The position numbers and the translations under genes are program-made. Source: an uncultured Clostridia bacterium (lineage in GTDB: Bacteria > Bacillota > Clostridia > TANB77 > CAG-508). Taken from it: DNA of 64,000 nucleotides. The notes under the pieces are model-generated. The model saw only the letters and a list, made by a program, of their open reading frames with translations. It searched no databases and had not been told where the DNA came from. The stretch lies in assembly GCA_947627185.1 (NCBI GenBank), contig CANQVF010000001.1, forward strand, positions 35,404 to 99,403, read 5' to 3'. Below are positions 1 to 11,942 of the stretch, piece after piece. Position 1 is the first letter of the stretch. Each line of letters begins with the position of its first letter.

Positions 1-1893
1 GCAGGTGTTACAAAGCTTGGAACACTTAGATATACAACTTTTGAAGAACAACAAGTTGAAAATTATAGAAAAATGTTTCTTGCAATGGGTAAAGACATAA
101 GAGTTATATTAATTAAGCTTGCAGATAGACTTCACAATATGAGAACTTTAAAATATTTACCAAGAGATAGGCAAATTGCGAATGCACAAGAAACACAAGA
201 CTTATATGCACCTCTTGCTAATAGACTTGGTATATATTCTTTAAAATGGGAATTAGAAGATTTAAGCTTTAAATATTTGTATCCAGAAGAATATCATGAG
301 ATTGTTAATGGATTAGATAAAAAAAGAGAAGAAAGATTAAAATTTTTAGATAAAATTCAATCTGATCTAAGAGATGAAATTAAAGATCAAGGAATAAAAG
401 CTGATGTAACTGGAAGAGCAAAACATTTATATAGTATTTATAGAAAAATGAAAAGAGATAATAAAACTTTAGATCAAATATATGATTTATTTGCATTAAG
501 AATTTTAGTAGATACTGTAAAAGATTGCTATGCTGTACTTGGAATTGTTCATGAAATGTATACTCCTATGCCAGGAAGATTTAAAGATTATATTGCTGTT
601 CCTAAGAAAAATATGTATCAATCTATACATACAACTCTTTTAGGTCCAAAAGGAACACCTTTTGAAGTTCAAATACGTACTTGGGATATGCATAGAACAG
701 CTGAATTTGGTATAGCAGCACATTGGGCTTATAAAGAGGCAAATAATAAAGGAACAAAGCAAACTGTAGTAGTTACAGATGATAAATTAGCTTGGCTTAG
801 AGAAACTTTGGAATGGCAAAAAAATACTGAAAATCCTAACGAATTTTTAAATACTCTAAAAACAGAATTATTTGAAGATGAAGTATATATTTTTACTCCA
901 AAAGGAATGATAAAAGTTTTACCTAAAGGTGCTACACCGATAGATTTTGCATATAGCATACATGAGCAAATTGGACATAAAATGGTAGGTTGTAAAATAA
1001 ATAGTAAAATGATGCCTATTATAACACCACTTAGAAATGGAGATATAGTAGAAATTATAACATCAGAACAATCTAAAGGTCCAAGTCGTGACTGGCTTAA
1101 ATTTGTAAAAAGTTCTTCAGCTAAAACTAGAATAAATCAATGGTTCAAAAGAGCTCAAAGAGCAGAGAACATTGAAAAAGGAAAAGATATAATAGATAAA
1201 GAAGTTAAAAAGATTGGAATAAAATATTCAGATTTAGTGAAACCTGAATGGATAAATCTAGTTTTGGAAAGATATAAATTTCAAACTGTAGATGACTTAT
1301 ATGCAAGTATTGGATTTGGTGGAATATCTGTAAATAAGTTAATGGCAAGATTACTAGATGAATATAGAAAAGAACATGAAGATGAAGATTTTGAACAAAA
1401 AATAGAAGAATTATCTAAAACAAAAACAAGTATAAGTAGGCCATCAAAAACAGGTGTTGTTGTAAAAGGAATAGATAATTGTTTAGTAAAACTTTCAAAA
1501 TGTTGTAATCCACTTCCAGGAGATGATATAATAGGGTACATTACAAAAGGAAGAGGGGTATCAGTCCATCGTACAGATTGTCCAAATGTAAAAGATTTAT
1601 TTAATGAAGAAAGCAGAATGATAGATGTTTATTGGTTTGATGATGTAAATGGAATTTATAAAGTTGAAATTGAAATATTAGCAACAGATAGAAGTGGTTT
1701 ATTAAAAGATGTTATAAAACAAATTGAAAATTATAAAGTAAAATTAATGGGAGTTAATACAAGAACAACTAAAGAAAATATAGCAATAATGAATGTTTCT
1801 TTAGAAGTTGAAAACATAGATAATTTAAATAAACTTTTAGTTGCTTTTAAAAATATTGAAAGTGTTTATGAAGTAAATAGAAAAAGAGGATAA
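1..1893 (+). CDS. relA: GTP pyrophosphokinase / (p)ppGpp synthetase-hydrolase RelA/SpoT family, 5'-truncated by window edge (the frame is open from nucleotide 1)
   Basis: Translation from nt 1 reads ...VTKLGTLRYTTFEEQQVENYRKMFLAMGKDIRVILIKLADRLHNMRTL, the conserved end of the HD domain. Synthetase, TGS (ThrRS-GTPase-SpoT) and ACT domains follow. A 606-aa ORF 73..1893 is listed in the track. Confidence 0.9.
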   Translation, partial: AGVTKLGTLRYTTFEEQQVENYRKMFLAMGKDIRVILIKLADRLHNMRTLKYLPRDRQIANAQETQDLYAPLANRLGIYSLKWELEDLSFKYLYPEEYHEIVNGLDKKREERLKFLDKIQSDLRDEIKDQGIKADVTGRAKHLYSIYRKMKRDNKTLDQIYDLFALRILVDTVKDCYAVLGIVHEMYTPMPGRFKDYIAVPKKNMYQSIHTTLLGPKGTPFEVQIRTWDMHRTAEFGIAAHWAYKEANNKGTKQTVVVTDDKLAWLRETLEWQKNTENPNEFLNTLKTELFEDEVYIFTPKGMIKVLPKGATPIDFAYSIHEQIGHKMVGCKINSKMMPIITPLRNGDIVEIITSEQSKGPSRDWLKFVKSSSAKTRINQWFKRAQRAENIEKGKDIIDKEVKKIGIKYSDLVKPEWINLVLERYKFQTVDDLYASIGFGGISVNKLMARLLDEYRKEHEDEDFEQKIEELSKTKTSISRPSKTGVVVKGIDNCLVKLSKCCNPLPGDDIIGYITKGRGVSVHRTDCPNVKDLFNEESRMIDVYWFDDVNGIYKVEIEILATDRSGLLKDVIKQIENYKVKLMGVNTRTTKENIAIMNVSLEVENIDNLNKLLVAFKNIESVYEVNRKRG

Positions 1894-1904
1894 GGAGAAT
1901 ATTA

Positions 1905-2556
1905 ATGTTACTAAAGAGATTACAAGTAGAAACAAAGCAAAACGGAATTCTTACAAATTGCTATGTAGTATGTGATGAAGCTACAAAAGAAGCAATGGTT
2001 GTTGATCCAGGTGGAGAATCAGAAAGAATTGTTGAAACATTAGATATATTGGGAGCAAAATTAAAATATATATTTTTAACACATTGCCATGCAGATCATA
2101 TAGGAGCAGTTCAAGAAATAAAAAATTTAAAAGGTGGAAAAATTCTTATAAGTAGAGATGATAGTGAAGGATTATTTAATGAAGACATAAATTTAGCATG
2201 TTATATAGGAATGGAAAAACCAGAGCTAGAAGCAGATTCTAGATTAGATGATAATGATTTAATTCATATAGGAAATATAGAATTTAATGTAATTGCAACA
2301 CCAGGACATACTAAAGGAGGATTAAGTTTATATTCTAAAGATGAAGGTTTAGTATTTACTGGAGATACATTATTTTCTGGAACATGGGGTAGAACTGATC
2401 TTCCAACTCGGAAATTTTGAGGAAATAATTAATTCAATTACTAATAGATTAATGACACTTCCAGATGAAACAATAGTATATCCAGGACATGGAAAAATTA
2501 CAATGATTCAAGATGAAAGAAACATATATTTAGAGTTAAAACCTAAAGATTTTTAA
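1905..2556 (+). CDS. MBL-fold metallo-hydrolase (glyoxalase II-like), reading frame interrupted by a 1-nt insertion near 2409
   Basis: HCHADHIG metal-binding motif. The ORF stops at 2420 (..DLPTRKF*), but the +1 frame 2419..2556 encodes the expected C-terminus EEIINSITNRLMTLPDETIVYPGHGKITMIQDERNIYLELKPKDF. Removing c2409 gives the canonical DLPTGNFEEII. Confidence 0.75.
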
Positions 2557-2615
2557 ATGTTTAGGTAATTTATAATATTAAATGTAAAAAAATTATGGAA
2601 TAGGAGAAAGCTAAG

Positions 2616-3851
2616 ATGATACAAAAACCTAAGGGAACGAAAGACTTATTGCCTGAAGAAAGTTTTAAATGGCAAGAAGTTGAGAAAATAATAAAAGAAA
2701 TATTTGAAACTTATAATTTTAAAGAAATAAGAGTACCAGTTTTTGAACATACAGAATTATTTGAAAGAGGAGTTGGGGAAACAACAGATGTAGTTCAAAA
2801 AGAAATGTATACTTTTAATGATAAAGGTGGAAGAAGTATAACATTAAGACCAGAAGGAACTGCTGGAGTTGTTAGAGCATATTTAGAAAATGGTATGGGA
2901 AGTATGCCTAGTCCTATTAAACTTTGGTATAATATGGCTATGTATAGATATGAAAATGTTCAAAAAGGTAGATTAAGAGAATTTCATCAAATTGGAGCAG
3001 AGTTAATTGGAAGTAGTAGTTATTTAGCGGATGTTGATATTATTTTAATGGCAAATGAAATCTTTAAAAAATTAAATATACCAAATATAAAATTAACATT
3101 AAATAGTATTGGATGTCCAAAATGTAGAAATGAATATCAAAAAATTTTAAAAGAATTTATAGGAAAAAATTTAGATAAATATTGTGATACTTGCAAAAGT
3201 AGATTTGAAAAAAATCCAATGAGAATTCTAGATTGCAAAGAAACAAAGTGTAAAGAACTAAATTTGGGTGCTCCAAAAATGATAGATTATTTATGCGATG
3301 AATGTAAAGAACATTTTGAAAATGTAAAATCAATGATTAAAAAATCAGGATTAGAATATGAAATAGATAGTTCTATTGTTAGAGGTTTGGATTATTATAC
3401 TAAAACAGTATTTGAATTTATAGATGAATCTACTGGACTTACTGTTTTAGGTGGAGGTAGATATGATGGCTTAGTTGAAGAATTTGGAGGCCCAAAAACA
3501 CCAGCAGTTGGTTTTGCACTTGGTGTAGAAAGAATTATGGAAATGTATAATAATCAAAATGAAGATAAAAAACCTGATTTATATATTTTATCTTCTGGAT
3601 TTAAAGAAAATGAAATGGCTTTAGAATTATCACAAGAATTAAGAAAAAAAGGTTATGTAATAGAAAAAGACATATGTGAGAGAAGTTTTAATTCACAAAT
3701 GAAATATGCAAATAAAATAAATGCAAAATACCTTATAGTTATTGGAGAAAATGAATTACAAACAAACAAAGTAAAAATTAAAGAAATGAAAACTGGAGAT
3801 GAAAAAGAAATTTCTTTAAATGTAGAAGAAATAATTAAAATTATAAAATAA
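2616..3851 (+). CDS. hisS: histidine--tRNA ligase
   Basis: N-terminus MIQKPKGTKDLLPEE, class II aaRS motifs, 411 aa full length. RBS aggagaaag upstream. Confidence 0.93.
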   Translation: MIQKPKGTKDLLPEESFKWQEVEKIIKEIFETYNFKEIRVPVFEHTELFERGVGETTDVVQKEMYTFNDKGGRSITLRPEGTAGVVRAYLENGMGSMPSPIKLWYNMAMYRYENVQKGRLREFHQIGAELIGSSSYLADVDIILMANEIFKKLNIPNIKLTLNSIGCPKCRNEYQKILKEFIGKNLDKYCDTCKSRFEKNPMRILDCKETKCKELNLGAPKMIDYLCDECKEHFENVKSMIKKSGLEYEIDSSIVRGLDYYTKTVFEFIDESTGLTVLGGGRYDGLVEEFGGPKTPAVGFALGVERIMEMYNNQNEDKKPDLYILSSGFKENEMALELSQELRKKGYVIEKDICERSFNSQMKYANKINAKYLIVIGENELQTNKVKIKEMKTGDEKEISLNVEEIIKIIK

Positions 3852-3876
3852 TAATTTATAATTAAATATTAAGATA

Positions 3877-3910
3877 AAAAAGTACTAAATTTTGTTTAGT
3901 ACTTTTTTTA
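3877..3910 (+). terminator. rho-independent terminator after hisS
   Basis: Hairpin agtactaaa-ttttg-tttagtact followed by a T-run. Confidence 0.6.
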
Positions 3911-4012
3911 TGAGTAATTATATTTATTGAGAATAATTACTTTAATATCTATAATAATTAAGAATAAATAATATAAAAATAAATATAATTAATTTGTAAG
4001 AGAGGATATAAA

Positions 4013-5158
4013 ATGATTAATTTAGCAGTTATAAATTTAAAAGATATAATTAATTTTATAAAAAAATTGATAATTTTATTTATTATTTTATTTATTTTTT
4101 TTCATATAGTAGGAAAATTAAAAAGTGCAGATTATACTAGTATTGATGAATTGAAAAAAAATTATTTTTCGAAATCTTCACATACAGAAATAATTGGAAA
4201 AACAATTTTAGTTTCTAATTCATTTTCAGATGATAAGCAATTTAGTAAAAAAATTAGTGAAGTAAAAAAGATTTTAATGTCAGAATTAACAATATTAGAA
4301 ACAGAAGAAAAATTAATGGAAAAAGAAAATCAAGAAGAAAATATAGAACTTAATATAGAAAATATAGAACAAAAGCCGGAAGAAAATATACCTAATACAT
4401 TACAAACTAAAATTATAGAAGAAAATAATAAAATAGATACTTTTACTAATATTTATAATAATGTAAAAATAAAGAATGAATCAAAATATCCTTTAACAGA
4501 AGAAATGATGACACCTAATGTTGACTTAGATAATAAAAAAGATATTATAATATATCATACACATACATGTGAAAGTTATACACCAACAGAAGCAAATAAT
4601 TATGTAGCTAGTGGTAATTTTAGAACAATTGATTTAAATTATAGCGTTGCACGAGTAGGTACAGAATTATCAAATGAATTAACAAATTTGGGATTTAATG
4701 TAAATCACAATACTACATATCATGATTATCCGGCTTATACTGGATCTTATACAAGAGGACTATCAACAATACAGTCTATTTTGTCTAATAGCAATAATGC
4801 ACAATTTATTATTGATTTGCATAGAGATGCTTTAGGAAATAATAGTGGATATGCTCCTTCAGTTCAAATTGGTGAAGATGTTGTAGCACAAGTAATGTTT
4901 GTTATTGGAAGTGATGGTGGAGGATTAGAACATCCTAATTGGATTAATAATTTTAAACTAGCAATAAAAATTCAAGAAAAAGCAAATGAAATGTATCCAG
5001 GTTTATTTAAACCAATAATATTAAGAGATTCTAGATATAATCAACATGTAAGTAAAGGTGCTTGTATAATTGAAGTAGGTGCTACTGGTAATACTTTAGA
5101 AGAATGTAATTGTAGTATGAAATATTTAGCAAGAGTAATAAAAGAAGTAATGAGCTAA
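4013..5158 (+). CDS. spoIIP: stage II sporulation protein P (SpoIIP family)
   Basis: N-terminal TM segment. IIIYHTHTCESYTP motif characteristic of the SpoIIP family (PF07454). About 380 aa. Confidence 0.7.
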   Translation: MINLAVINLKDIINFIKKLIILFIILFIFFHIVGKLKSADYTSIDELKKNYFSKSSHTEIIGKTILVSNSFSDDKQFSKKISEVKKILMSELTILETEEKLMEKENQEENIELNIENIEQKPEENIPNTLQTKIIEENNKIDTFTNIYNNVKIKNESKYPLTEEMMTPNVDLDNKKDIIIYHTHTCESYTPTEANNYVASGNFRTIDLNYSVARVGTELSNELTNLGFNVNHNTTYHDYPAYTGSYTRGLSTIQSILSNSNNAQFIIDLHRDALGNNSGYAPSVQIGEDVVAQVMFVIGSDGGGLEHPNWINNFKLAIKIQEKANEMYPGLFKPIILRDSRYNQHVSKGACIIEVGATGNTLEECNCSMKYLARVIKEVMS

Positions 5159-5167
5159 TCATTACTT

Positions 5168-6400
5168 CTATTCATTAAATTCAATTACTTTTTGAGTATA
5201 ATCTAAATTAGCAATAGAATTATTTTTATATCCTAAAGTATAAATATTTGTTGCTAAAATATCTTTTGAAATCATATTTCTTAATGAAGTATCATTAGAA
5301 TTTTCCATAAATTTTTTAACAGACACTATAATGTTTAATTTAGGATTTGCAGCTGCTATTGCAGATATAATACGTTTTCCATGTTTATTAAATCCCAAAA
5401 CTCTAATGTAAGGATTAATTTTTTTAGAAGAATTCATATCTTTTTGTGAAATACCAAGTAAAGCATATAAAAGAATACGTTGAATTCTACTTTGAGTGTA
5501 TCTTTTAGATTTAATATTTTGAATCAAGTCATCAAATGTATTGCAATTATTAGCAGCTAATTTTATTTTATTTTCAAGTCCTTCAGAAACATCGGGTAAG
5601 TTTGCTATTTCTGATAAAGTCATTTTTCTAAGAGTATAAATTATTTCTTTTTCAAAAACAGAAAGATCTTGAATAATTCTTCCATTTTCAATTTCTTCAT
5701 CTAAGAGTTCATAAGTTTCGTAAGGTACAACATAGTGAACATTTTTACCAGCTTGAATCATTGTTCTAATTGCTGTTGCACTAGCGATACCATTTTTTTC
5801 AGTTTTGCTATTATAATCACTATAATCTCGTTTTATAGTAAGTGGTCTTATATGACTTTTATGTTTTTTTAAGGATTTTAAATATTCAACACCTAGGATA
5901 TTATTTGGATTATTTAAAATTTCAGAATATTTTTTAGAACTACCAAAGAATTGTGATAAAGCAATTTCTCTTGCTTTTGGATAAGATAAACCAGATTTTA
6001 ATTGAGCAGTAATTAAAGAAGAGAATTCTTTAGGTTCTCGATATAAAATGTTTGCAACATCATTTAAAGGACTAATTTCTCCAATTTCACTACCAAAAGA
6101 GATGAAATCAACAACTCCTAAGCTATTTAAAATTTTTACTGCTCCATCTGCAAAATTTTCAGCACTTGAAATTGAGTAAACAGTTGGAAGTTCAATAACT
6201 AAGTCAACACCAGATTTTAATGCCATTTCAGTTTTTACCCATTTATTAATAAGTGATGTATCTCCACGTTGAACAAAATTACCACTCATAACTACAACAG
6301 TAAAAGCTGATTTTGTAACTTGTTTTGAAATTTCTAAATGATGTAAATGGCCATTATGAAAAGGGTTATATTCAGATACTATTCCTAATATTCCATCCAA
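5168..6400 (-). CDS. tmcAL: tRNA(Met) cytidine acetate ligase TmcAL (YlbM/UPF0348 nucleotidyltransferase)
   Basis: N-terminus GIVSEYNPFHNGHLHHL, typical of the YlbM family. 410 aa. Confidence 0.8.
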   Translation of the reverse strand: MDGILGIVSEYNPFHNGHLHHLEISKQVTKSAFTVVVMSGNFVQRGDTSLINKWVKTEMALKSGVDLVIELPTVYSISSAENFADGAVKILNSLGVVDFISFGSEIGEISPLNDVANILYREPKEFSSLITAQLKSGLSYPKAREIALSQFFGSSKKYSEILNNPNNILGVEYLKSLKKHKSHIRPLTIKRDYSDYNSKTEKNGIASATAIRTMIQAGKNVHYVVPYETYELLDEEIENGRIIQDLSVFEKEIIYTLRKMTLSEIANLPDVSEGLENKIKLAANNCNTFDDLIQNIKSKRYTQSRIQRILLYALLGISQKDMNSSKKINPYIRVLGFNKHGKRIISAIAAANPKLNIIVSVKKFMENSNDTSLRNMISKDILATNIYTLGYKNNSIANLDYTQKVIEFNE

Positions 6401-6513
6401 AATATATCACCACCTGTATTGTAATATTTTAAATTTACTGGTATAATATCATATATTTATTTAAATTACAAATGAATTTAAAATATATATTATAAAACAA
6501 AGAGGAATTTTAA

Positions 6514-6948
6514 ATGAAAGAAGTCACAATTTATACAGATGGAGCTTGTTCTGGAAATCCCGGACCAGGAGGTTGGGGAGCTATTCTTATGTATAATGAA
6601 GCAAAAAAAGAAATTTCTGGTGCTAGCAGAGAAACTACTAATAACATAATGGAAATAACCGCTGTTTTGGAAGCAATTAAATTACTAAAAGAAAAGTGCA
6701 AAGTTAAAGTTTATAGTGATAGTGCATATGTTGTAAATGCTTTTAATCAAGGATGGATTGAAAATTGGCAAAGAAATAATTGGAAAACTTCTGGAAAAGA
6801 TCCTGTAAAAAATAAAGAATTATGGGAAGAACTTTATAATTTAGTACAAAAACATGAAATAGAATTTGTAAAAGTAAAAGGTCACAGTGACAATGAATTT
6901 AATAATAGATGTGACTATTTAGCAACAAGTGCTATAAAAAGTTTATAA
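6514..6948 (+). CDS. rnhA: ribonuclease HI
   Basis: [25 protein letters not shown] ... [14 protein letters not shown], the RNase H fold signature. 144 aa. Confidence 0.9.
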   Translation: MKEVTIYTDGACSGNPGPGGWGAILMYNEAKKEISGASRETTNNIMEITAVLEAIKLLKEKCKVKVYSDSAYVVNAFNQGWIENWQRNNWKTSGKDPVKNKELWEELYNLVQKHEIEFVKVKGHSDNEFNNRCDYLATSAIKSL

Positions 6949-6962
6949 ATTGGAGGAAACTA

Positions 6963-7550
6963 TTGAAAATTATTGGAATTACAGGCACATCAGGTAGTGG
7001 AAAAACTACTTTAAGTAAAATTTTAAATGAGCGTGAAGATGTTGAAGTTATTGATGCTGATAAAGTTGTTAGGGAAATGAGTATTCCTGGTACAGAATAT
7101 TTAACAGCTATAAAAAATACTTTTGGAAAAGAAGTTTTTTTAGAAGATAATAATTTAAACAGAAAAGCTTTAGCAGATAAAATATATAATGACAATATTT
7201 CTAGACAAAAATTAAATAATTTAACTTTTAATTATGTTGTAAAAGAAATATTAAATCGAATAAAAAATGTAGATAGTTTAAAAGTCAATTTTGTAATAAT
7301 AGATGCACCATTACTTTTCGAATCTGGAATGCAAAAATATTGCAATTATGTAATTTCTTTAATAGCTGATGAAAACTTAAAAATTGAAAGAATATGTAAA
7401 AGAGATAATATAGATAGTCAAACTGCAAAAAGGAGACTTAACATACAAAACGAAGATAAATTTTATATAGAAAAATCTGATTTTGTAATTTATAATACTA
7501 AAAATTGTGATTTAAAATTTGAAATTGAAAAAATACTTAATAAAATTTAA
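6963..7550 (+). CDS. coaE: dephospho-CoA kinase
   Basis: TTG start with RBS ggagg upstream. [14 protein letters not shown]-loop and DADKVVREM, typical of CoaE. 195 aa. Confidence 0.85.
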   Translation: MKIIGITGTSGSGKTTLSKILNEREDVEVIDADKVVREMSIPGTEYLTAIKNTFGKEVFLEDNNLNRKALADKIYNDNISRQKLNNLTFNYVVKEILNRIKNVDSLKVNFVIIDAPLLFESGMQKYCNYVISLIADENLKIERICKRDNIDSQTAKRRLNIQNEDKFYIEKSDFVIYNTKNCDLKFEIEKILNKI

Positions 7551-7597
7551 AAAATATATTGAAAAGTGAATTTAAAATTTTAAGAAAGGAATTAAAA

Positions 7598-8623
7598 ATG
7601 AAGGTCTCTGACTTTAATTATGATTTACCAGAGAGATTAATTGCTCAACATCCTTATGATAAAAGAGATGAAGCAAGATTAATGGTATTAGATAAAACAA
7701 AGCAAAAAATTGAACATAAAGTTTTTAAAGATATAATAGAATATTTAAATCCAGGAGATTGCTTAGTAATAAATAATACAAAAGTTATACCTGCAAGATT
7801 ATATGGAAAAAAAGATACTGGTGCTAAAGTTGAATTTTTATTATTAAAAAGAATAGATGGAGATTTTTGGGAAGTTATGGTAAGACCTGGAAATAAATTA
7901 AAACCAGGTACAGTAATTTATTTTGGAGATAATATTCTAAAAGCAACAGTTTTAGAAGTATTAGATGGCGGGAATAGAAAGGTTAAATTTGAATATAATG
8001 GTATTTTTAATGAAATATTAGATAAAGTCGGACTTATGCCGCTTCCACCATATATTACAGAAGCTACAAAAGAAGATACGAAAAAATATCAAACTGTTTA
8101 TGCAAAATATGATGGTTCTGCTGCTGCACCAACTGCTGGACTACATTTTACAAAAGAATTATTAAAAAAAATAGAAGAAAAAGGGGTTCAAATAGCGAAT
8201 GTAACTCTTCATGTAGGAATAGGAACTTTTAGACCAGTAAAAGTTGAGAATGTTGAAGAACATGAAATGCATTCTGAACATTATTATATAAAAAAAGAAG
8301 ATGCAGATAAAATTAATAAAACTAAGTTAGCAGGTAAAAAAGTTGTAGCAGTTGGAACAACTTCTTGTAGAGTTTTAGAATCTGTTGCAGATAAAGATGG
8401 ACTAGTTGAAGAAATAGAGGCTGATACAAATATTTTTATTTATCCAGGATATAAATTTAAATGCATAGATAGTTTAATAACAAATTTTCATTTACCAGAA
8501 TCTACTTTAATAATGTTGGTTTCAAGTTTAGCAGGAAAAGATTTTATTATGAAAGCATATAAAGAAGCTGTTGATAATGAATATAAATTTTTTAGTTTTG
8601 GAGATGCAATGCTTATAAAATAA
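7598..8623 (+). CDS. queA: S-adenosylmethionine:tRNA ribosyltransferase-isomerase
   Basis: [19 protein letters not shown], the canonical QueA N-terminus. ATG at 7598 preferred over the upstream TTG at 7559. Confidence 0.92.
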   Translation: MKVSDFNYDLPERLIAQHPYDKRDEARLMVLDKTKQKIEHKVFKDIIEYLNPGDCLVINNTKVIPARLYGKKDTGAKVEFLLLKRIDGDFWEVMVRPGNKLKPGTVIYFGDNILKATVLEVLDGGNRKVKFEYNGIFNEILDKVGLMPLPPYITEATKEDTKKYQTVYAKYDGSAAAPTAGLHFTKELLKKIEEKGVQIANVTLHVGIGTFRPVKVENVEEHEMHSEHYYIKKEDADKINKTKLAGKKVVAVGTTSCRVLESVADKDGLVEEIEADTNIFIYPGYKFKCIDSLITNFHLPESTLIMLVSSLAGKDFIMKAYKEAVDNEYKFFSFGDAMLIK

Positions 8624-9770
<1,147 letters not shown>

Positions 9771-9787
9771 TAAAGAGAGGAATATTT

Positions 9788-11458
9788 ATGAACTTAGAAG
9801 AGAGCGATTTATATAAAGAAAGTCTAGAAAAAAATACTAGAAACAGAAAAAAGGTTATGTATTCAATTATTTTATGTGCAATATTAATTGTTATATTTTT
9901 TGCAATAATTTGTTTTTTAAAATATCAAGATTCAAGAACAGAAAAACTATTTTTTAATGATAAGCAAGTATCAAAAATACCAAGTGATTTTTATCAAGTT
10001 GTTGATAATAATTCTATCTATGTTAATATAAAAGAATTAGCAGAATTATTAAATTATAAATATACAAAAGGTCAATATAACAAATATAATGAAGATGAAC
10101 AAAGCTGTTGTTTACAAAATGATTTTGAAATAGTTTCTATTACTGCAAAAGAAAGTAAATATGAAAAAATTCTAGATGTAAATAATGCAAAACCAACTTT
10201 AGCTGGAATACAAGTTACTATGAAAAATGATAAAGGTTATACAGAAGTTTTTGATTTAGTAAAACCAATAAAATATATAGATAGTAAAATATATGTTTCA
10301 ATTGAAGATGCTTCTGAAATGCTAAATGTAAAAATTGATTGGTCAGAATATAGATTTAGATTTTATACATTAGATTATTTAATTGCCAATGCTCAAAAAG
10401 CTATTACACAGTTGAAGTACACTGAAATGAGTGGTTACTATGAAAATTTAAAATCAATATTATATGATTATGTAATAGTTAGTAATGGTAATGCAGATGC
10501 AAAAGAGAAACTATATGGAGTTGTTTCTTTAAAAGATAAAAAAGAAATTATAAGTGTAAAATATAATGACATTAAATTTGTTCAAAATGTAAAAGAATTT
10601 TATGTAACAGCATCAAATGGAACAATGGGAATTTTAGATTCAGGAGGCTCTACAATTATAGCTCCTTCTGAATATGAAAATATATCTTTATTAGATGCTG
10701 AAAATCAATTATATCTTGTTGAGAAAAATGATGAATATGGAGTAGTAAACAGAAGAGGAGATATAGTTGTTTATCCAGAATATGATGAAATAGGTATAGA
10801 TATTTCCCAACTTGAATCTGAATCTGTATTAGAATTAGTAGAAAATCCATCAGTATTATTAGGAAAAGTTATTCCTGTAAAAAAAGATGGACAATATGGA
10901 TTATATAATATAAATGGAGAAATGATATTAGAAACAAAATATGATACAATAGGTTGCAAAACAACATCAAAAGTAACAACTTCTGGTCATGAAGAAAGTG
11001 TAGTTGTAATTCCACCTTCTGTTGGAATAAAAGGTGTTGTAATTAGTCAAGGTGATTCTTATGGAATTTTTGATGTAACAACACAAAAAATAATTTTACC
11101 TCTTGTTTGTTCAAAAATATATGCTATTACTAAGTCAGGAAAAACAACTTATTATATGGAATATAATGAACAACAAAAAGATTTATCTGAACACTTAAAA
11201 GAAAATAATCTTGTAAATGTTGATGAAAATGGAAATGAGATTGATTTATCAGAAGAAATAGAAGAAGACCAAGAAAGTCAAGAAACAGATAATAAAAATG
11301 TAGTAAATAATACAACTTCAAATACTAATACTGCAAATAATCAAAATACTAACATTTCTACAAATACTACTAATAATACAAACACTAATAATACTAATGC
11401 TAATAATACAAATACACAAAAAAGTAATACTAATACATCATCAAATAGTGTAAATTAG
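9788..11458 (+). CDS. membrane-anchored WG-repeat (KWG-type) surface protein with Asn/Thr-rich C-terminal tail
   Basis: One N-terminal TM. Repeated units of the type VKKDGQYGLYNINGEMILETKYDTIG and EYGVVNRRGDIVVYPEYDEIG. The C-terminal 90 aa are N/T low complexity. Confidence 0.6.
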   Translation: MNLEESDLYKESLEKNTRNRKKVMYSIILCAILIVIFFAIICFLKYQDSRTEKLFFNDKQVSKIPSDFYQVVDNNSIYVNIKELAELLNYKYTKGQYNKYNEDEQSCCLQNDFEIVSITAKESKYEKILDVNNAKPTLAGIQVTMKNDKGYTEVFDLVKPIKYIDSKIYVSIEDASEMLNVKIDWSEYRFRFYTLDYLIANAQKAITQLKYTEMSGYYENLKSILYDYVIVSNGNADAKEKLYGVVSLKDKKEIISVKYNDIKFVQNVKEFYVTASNGTMGILDSGGSTIIAPSEYENISLLDAENQLYLVEKNDEYGVVNRRGDIVVYPEYDEIGIDISQLESESVLELVENPSVLLGKVIPVKKDGQYGLYNINGEMILETKYDTIGCKTTSKVTTSGHEESVVVIPPSVGIKGVVISQGDSYGIFDVTTQKIILPLVCSKIYAITKSGKTTYYMEYNEQQKDLSEHLKENNLVNVDENGNEIDLSEEIEEDQESQETDNKNVVNNTTSNTNTANNQNTNISTNTTNNTNTNNTNANNTNTQKSNTNTSSNSVN

Positions 11459-11499
11459 TATTCGTATAATTCCAAATATTTTATAAAATAGTTATAAAA

Positions 11500-11538
11500 A
11501 ATGCTTCTATAAATATAATTTTATAGAAGCATTTTGCT
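11500..11538 (+). terminator. rho-independent terminator
   Basis: Inverted repeat aaaatgcttctataaa / tttatagaagcatttt with a T-run. Confidence 0.6.
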
Positions 11539-11569
11539 TTAATTTTTATTAGCTATAAGGAGGATTTTT

Positions 11570-11923
11570 ATGAAATATTTTTTAAGGGAAGTGGCATTAT
11601 CAATTTTAATTTCTTTAATTTTAATTTTTATTTTATCAATAGTTTTAAGTGAAACTTCTGTTAGTGAAAGCGTAATTATACCAGTAACAATAGGAATTGC
11701 AAGTTTCTCGCTTATGGTAGGAGGATTTAGAATCTCTAGAATAAAAAAAGAAAAAGGAATTCTTTATGGTAGTTTATTAGGATTTATTTATATGATTATT
11801 TTATATTTAATTTCTAGTTTAATGAATTTTGAATTTAATTTAAATATTAATTCAATAATAATGATTGTACTTGGAATATTAGGTGGAGCAATTGGTGGAA
11901 TAATTGGAGTAAATTTTAAATAA
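11570..11923 (+). CDS. small integral membrane protein (3 predicted TM, glycine-zipper GILGGAIGGIIG)
   Basis: RBS aaggagga precedes the start. Hydrophobic throughout. No assignable family. Confidence 0.5.
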   Translation: MKYFLREVALSILISLILIFILSIVLSETSVSESVIIPVTIGIASFSLMVGGFRISRIKKEKGILYGSLLGFIYMIILYLISSLMNFEFNLNINSIIMIVLGILGGAIGGIIGVNFK

Positions 11924-11942
11924 ATAATTTATTAAAAAATAG

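Noticed and set aside
729-959. Antisense ORFs inside well-supported genes. Examples: 729..959, 1281..1541, 6932..7195, 9408..9605, 10656..10959, 13571..14104, 16906..17181, 21320..21640, 23158..23463, 24970..25269, 25751..25966, 27374..27712, 29144..29548, 31189..31620, 35079..35288, 39240..39639, 54553..54819, 55306..55500, 58263..58487, 59763..59966, 61243..61497, 61978..62804.
   Set aside because: Each lies opposite a conserved housekeeping CDS and encodes a low-complexity Phe/Leu/Ile/Ser-rich peptide typical of the reverse strand of AT-rich coding DNA. None has an RBS or motif support.
2409-2411. Programmed ribosomal frameshifting or quadruplet decoding at CGG-W-A sites
   Set aside because: The identical heptamer context occurs in frame without disruption in smpB (about 40255), the CoA ligase (58915), birA (59775) and fabZ (63901). 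No slippery heptamer or downstream stimulatory structure is evident.
7559-7597. Upstream TTG/GTG starts proposed by the ORF track for queA (7559), rpsO (14902), murB (19744), the ATP-grasp gene (24389), CmpB (44248), rpmB (46454) and rpmE (47145)
   Set aside because: In each case an ATG with a properly spaced Shine-Dalgarno lies downstream and matches the conserved protein N-terminus (7598, 14935, 19798, 24422, 44311, 46436, 47154). The 24389 start would also sit inside a terminator hairpin.
11290-11455. Nucleotide-level quasi-repeats (aatact/aataat), here and at 29380-29580, as a repeat or mobile feature
   Set aside because: They are in frame and simply encode the Asn/Thr/Ser low-complexity tails of the surface proteins.
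11570-11923. Small membrane protein as YajC (expected between tgt and secD)
   Set aside because: It has three TMs and no YajC signature. YajC is a single-TM protein with a conserved LKKGD.V.T.GG motif.
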